Source of the DNA: a virus | Virus record (IMG/VR): IMGVR_UViG_3300009009_000003 | Span: 26,377-90,376 of that record | Strand: one strand, 5' to 3' | DNA: 64,000 nt | In this document: positions 63,701-64,000 of the stretch, in pieces | How positions within the stretch are numbered: position 1 is the first letter of the stretch | Layout of the letters: each line of letters starts with the position of its first letter | Translations under genes and position numbers: made by a program | The notes under the pieces: generated by a model | Databases searched by the model: none | Seen by the model: the letters and a program-made list of their open reading frames with translations, nothing else | What the model was told of the DNA's origin: nothing

Positions 63701-64000
63701 GAAAGAGATGCTATTTTAGATCAAATAAATTTGACAAAGAATCAACTTGTTGCAGCTAAAGCTGCTGTGATAGAAAAAATTAAAGAGCAGAGATATTTTA
63801 CTTTAGAAAATGGAAAGCAGGTACAATACCTTTCGGAATCAATGTATCATTTAGATCAATTATTTATTAATTTAGGGAATAGTGCTGAGAAGGCTGGAAA
63901 TAAGATGAAGGAGTCTTTTACACCTCTCTCCGAAAGACTAACCACTTCTTATTTTGAAACTATATCTGATACTCTTGGGAATATAGTTAGTGCATCTGAA
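60752..64000 (+). CDS. Tape measure protein (TP901-type), runs off the window
   Basis: ATG 60752 MEQDRQLSLG...; IRAITGAT..EM, TRFS.REV, GQAGF, VADVMA, GLRAS motifs; no in-frame stop noticed to 64000. Confidence 0.9.
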   Translation, partial: MEQDRQLSLGVLFTGKMDSSFRTAISSLQNALSGLNNIITRSEGITRNAAKVNRDFSSSTDKAKKSTENLSRTLTRGQTATTQFAGAIQRLGTAMKIIASFSMAGSILFTLIDSFKSGVKNIIDYDQALQNIRAITGATTAEMSGLSKTIQEVASNTRFSTREVSEGAVIFGQAGFTASETTMALKAAADLAQGTMESMEQTVDLLSSTVRAFNLDASESGRVADVMANAINKSKLTVEKLRVAFNYVGAIASQTNVSLEETGASLMVLSDNGLRASTMATGLRRILSTLIAPTDKVKERMSNMGIAITDIDPAVKGFQVALRNLVSILKDQKTNTIDSSRAFELFGIWGAQAATVLIDSFNTNEFNTALLKIKETGTAADMSSIQAEGLGVIFSRIATQAGIMAIRIGDAGLGGSLRILGTIMRKSLETFNDFLKDGLGKMIVSTGLVSAVFYGTIPVTLLLIGKIRDLKNAFFAAILGVQALNTAMKGAIVTVGTFRASLILLKQALISNWFGLLILGLSGLITWIYKVTHATDDLIQKNHDYQGTLDEQKGSLLRYRGALVQLHESNVAAGEVTEEYNRTISRLIKDHEELTGVVDVTTASYEQLVEGIDKLINNISLLKLSVMKDDIDNLAMSLEESRDKSELFSMFIKRTAMGLAGLDITTAKYNQTLDKYAESTDKGRAALLKLRNAEESLRQNTITLALANKWGKDQAVKYYTELVKQSKFLSKESDKHVKTFSKSWDIIVTKQEEGLKSYVNYAEQIHKSKMLLKDLALQAAKLKEDKTVDPKGEKQIAVARAVHAENVKLAESEYKKKELMESEDYNKKILQRERDETIRDSQIEMELDILRIQNEQDRVQSNIRDKRLEYQKQLEDQIIAEKSASLAIEARTQAYAMLLDREQRYQESLAKVDDKTTIGLDEKIRLQKDLTTTKEAELQLQKKIMDATIDNDAKVRELQESLNNQQLSYAKQQLETNKIMSETERDAILDQINLTKNQLVAAKAAVIEKIKEQRYFTLENGKQVQYLSESMYHLDQLFINLGNSAEKAGNKMKESFTPLSERLTTSYFETISDTLGNIVSASE

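Noticed and set aside
1-64000. Complete DGR (RT, TR, Avd)
   Set aside because: No ORF with RT motifs and no AAC-rich template repeat was seen; only VR-like tracts are reported
1-64000. tRNA/rRNA genes, integrase, repressor
   Set aside because: No cloverleaf/T-loop signature in the intergenic gaps and no recombinase or CI-like motif recognised; lifestyle cannot be settled from this window

Overview
About 64 kb of an AT-rich tailed dsDNA phage (siphovirus-like: tail tube, frameshifted tail chaperone, TP901-type tape measure, no sheath seen). It probably infects an anaerobe; this is inferred from an NrdD-type glycyl-radical domain and from FN3/DUF1566 proteins. Layout: 1-4.65 kb (+) is the end of a tail-fibre gene and the lysis genes. 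4.65-39.2 kb (-) holds early/middle genes: a split SbcCD interrupted by an accessory cassette island, RecA, SSB, clamp loader, UDG-fused PolA, clamp, DnaB, an iteron-containing initiator, primase, an SF2 helicase, and small early genes separated by long hairpins. 39.2-40.6 kb is a non-coding switch region with palindromes, 17-bp repeats, DnaA boxes and IHF-like sites. 40.6-64 kb (+) holds packaging, head and tail genes with an intein-containing terminase. Best candidates for new biology: (1) a 7-gene glycosyltransferase/methyltransferase block inside the head-tail operon, plus a strong excess of the tripeptide SGE in predicted exposed virion proteins (possible virion glycosylation and acceptor motif); (2) an integrase-free array of small gene cassettes joined by a repeated 13-nt RBS/stop/start junction, carrying two circularly permuted DUF1566 genes with a DGR variable-region codon signature but no RT or TR in view; (3) an early Csx20-like gene that may be an anti-type III CRISPR ring nuclease. 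No integrase, tRNA or CRISPR array was recognised. All assignments come from reading motifs by eye; no database searches were run.
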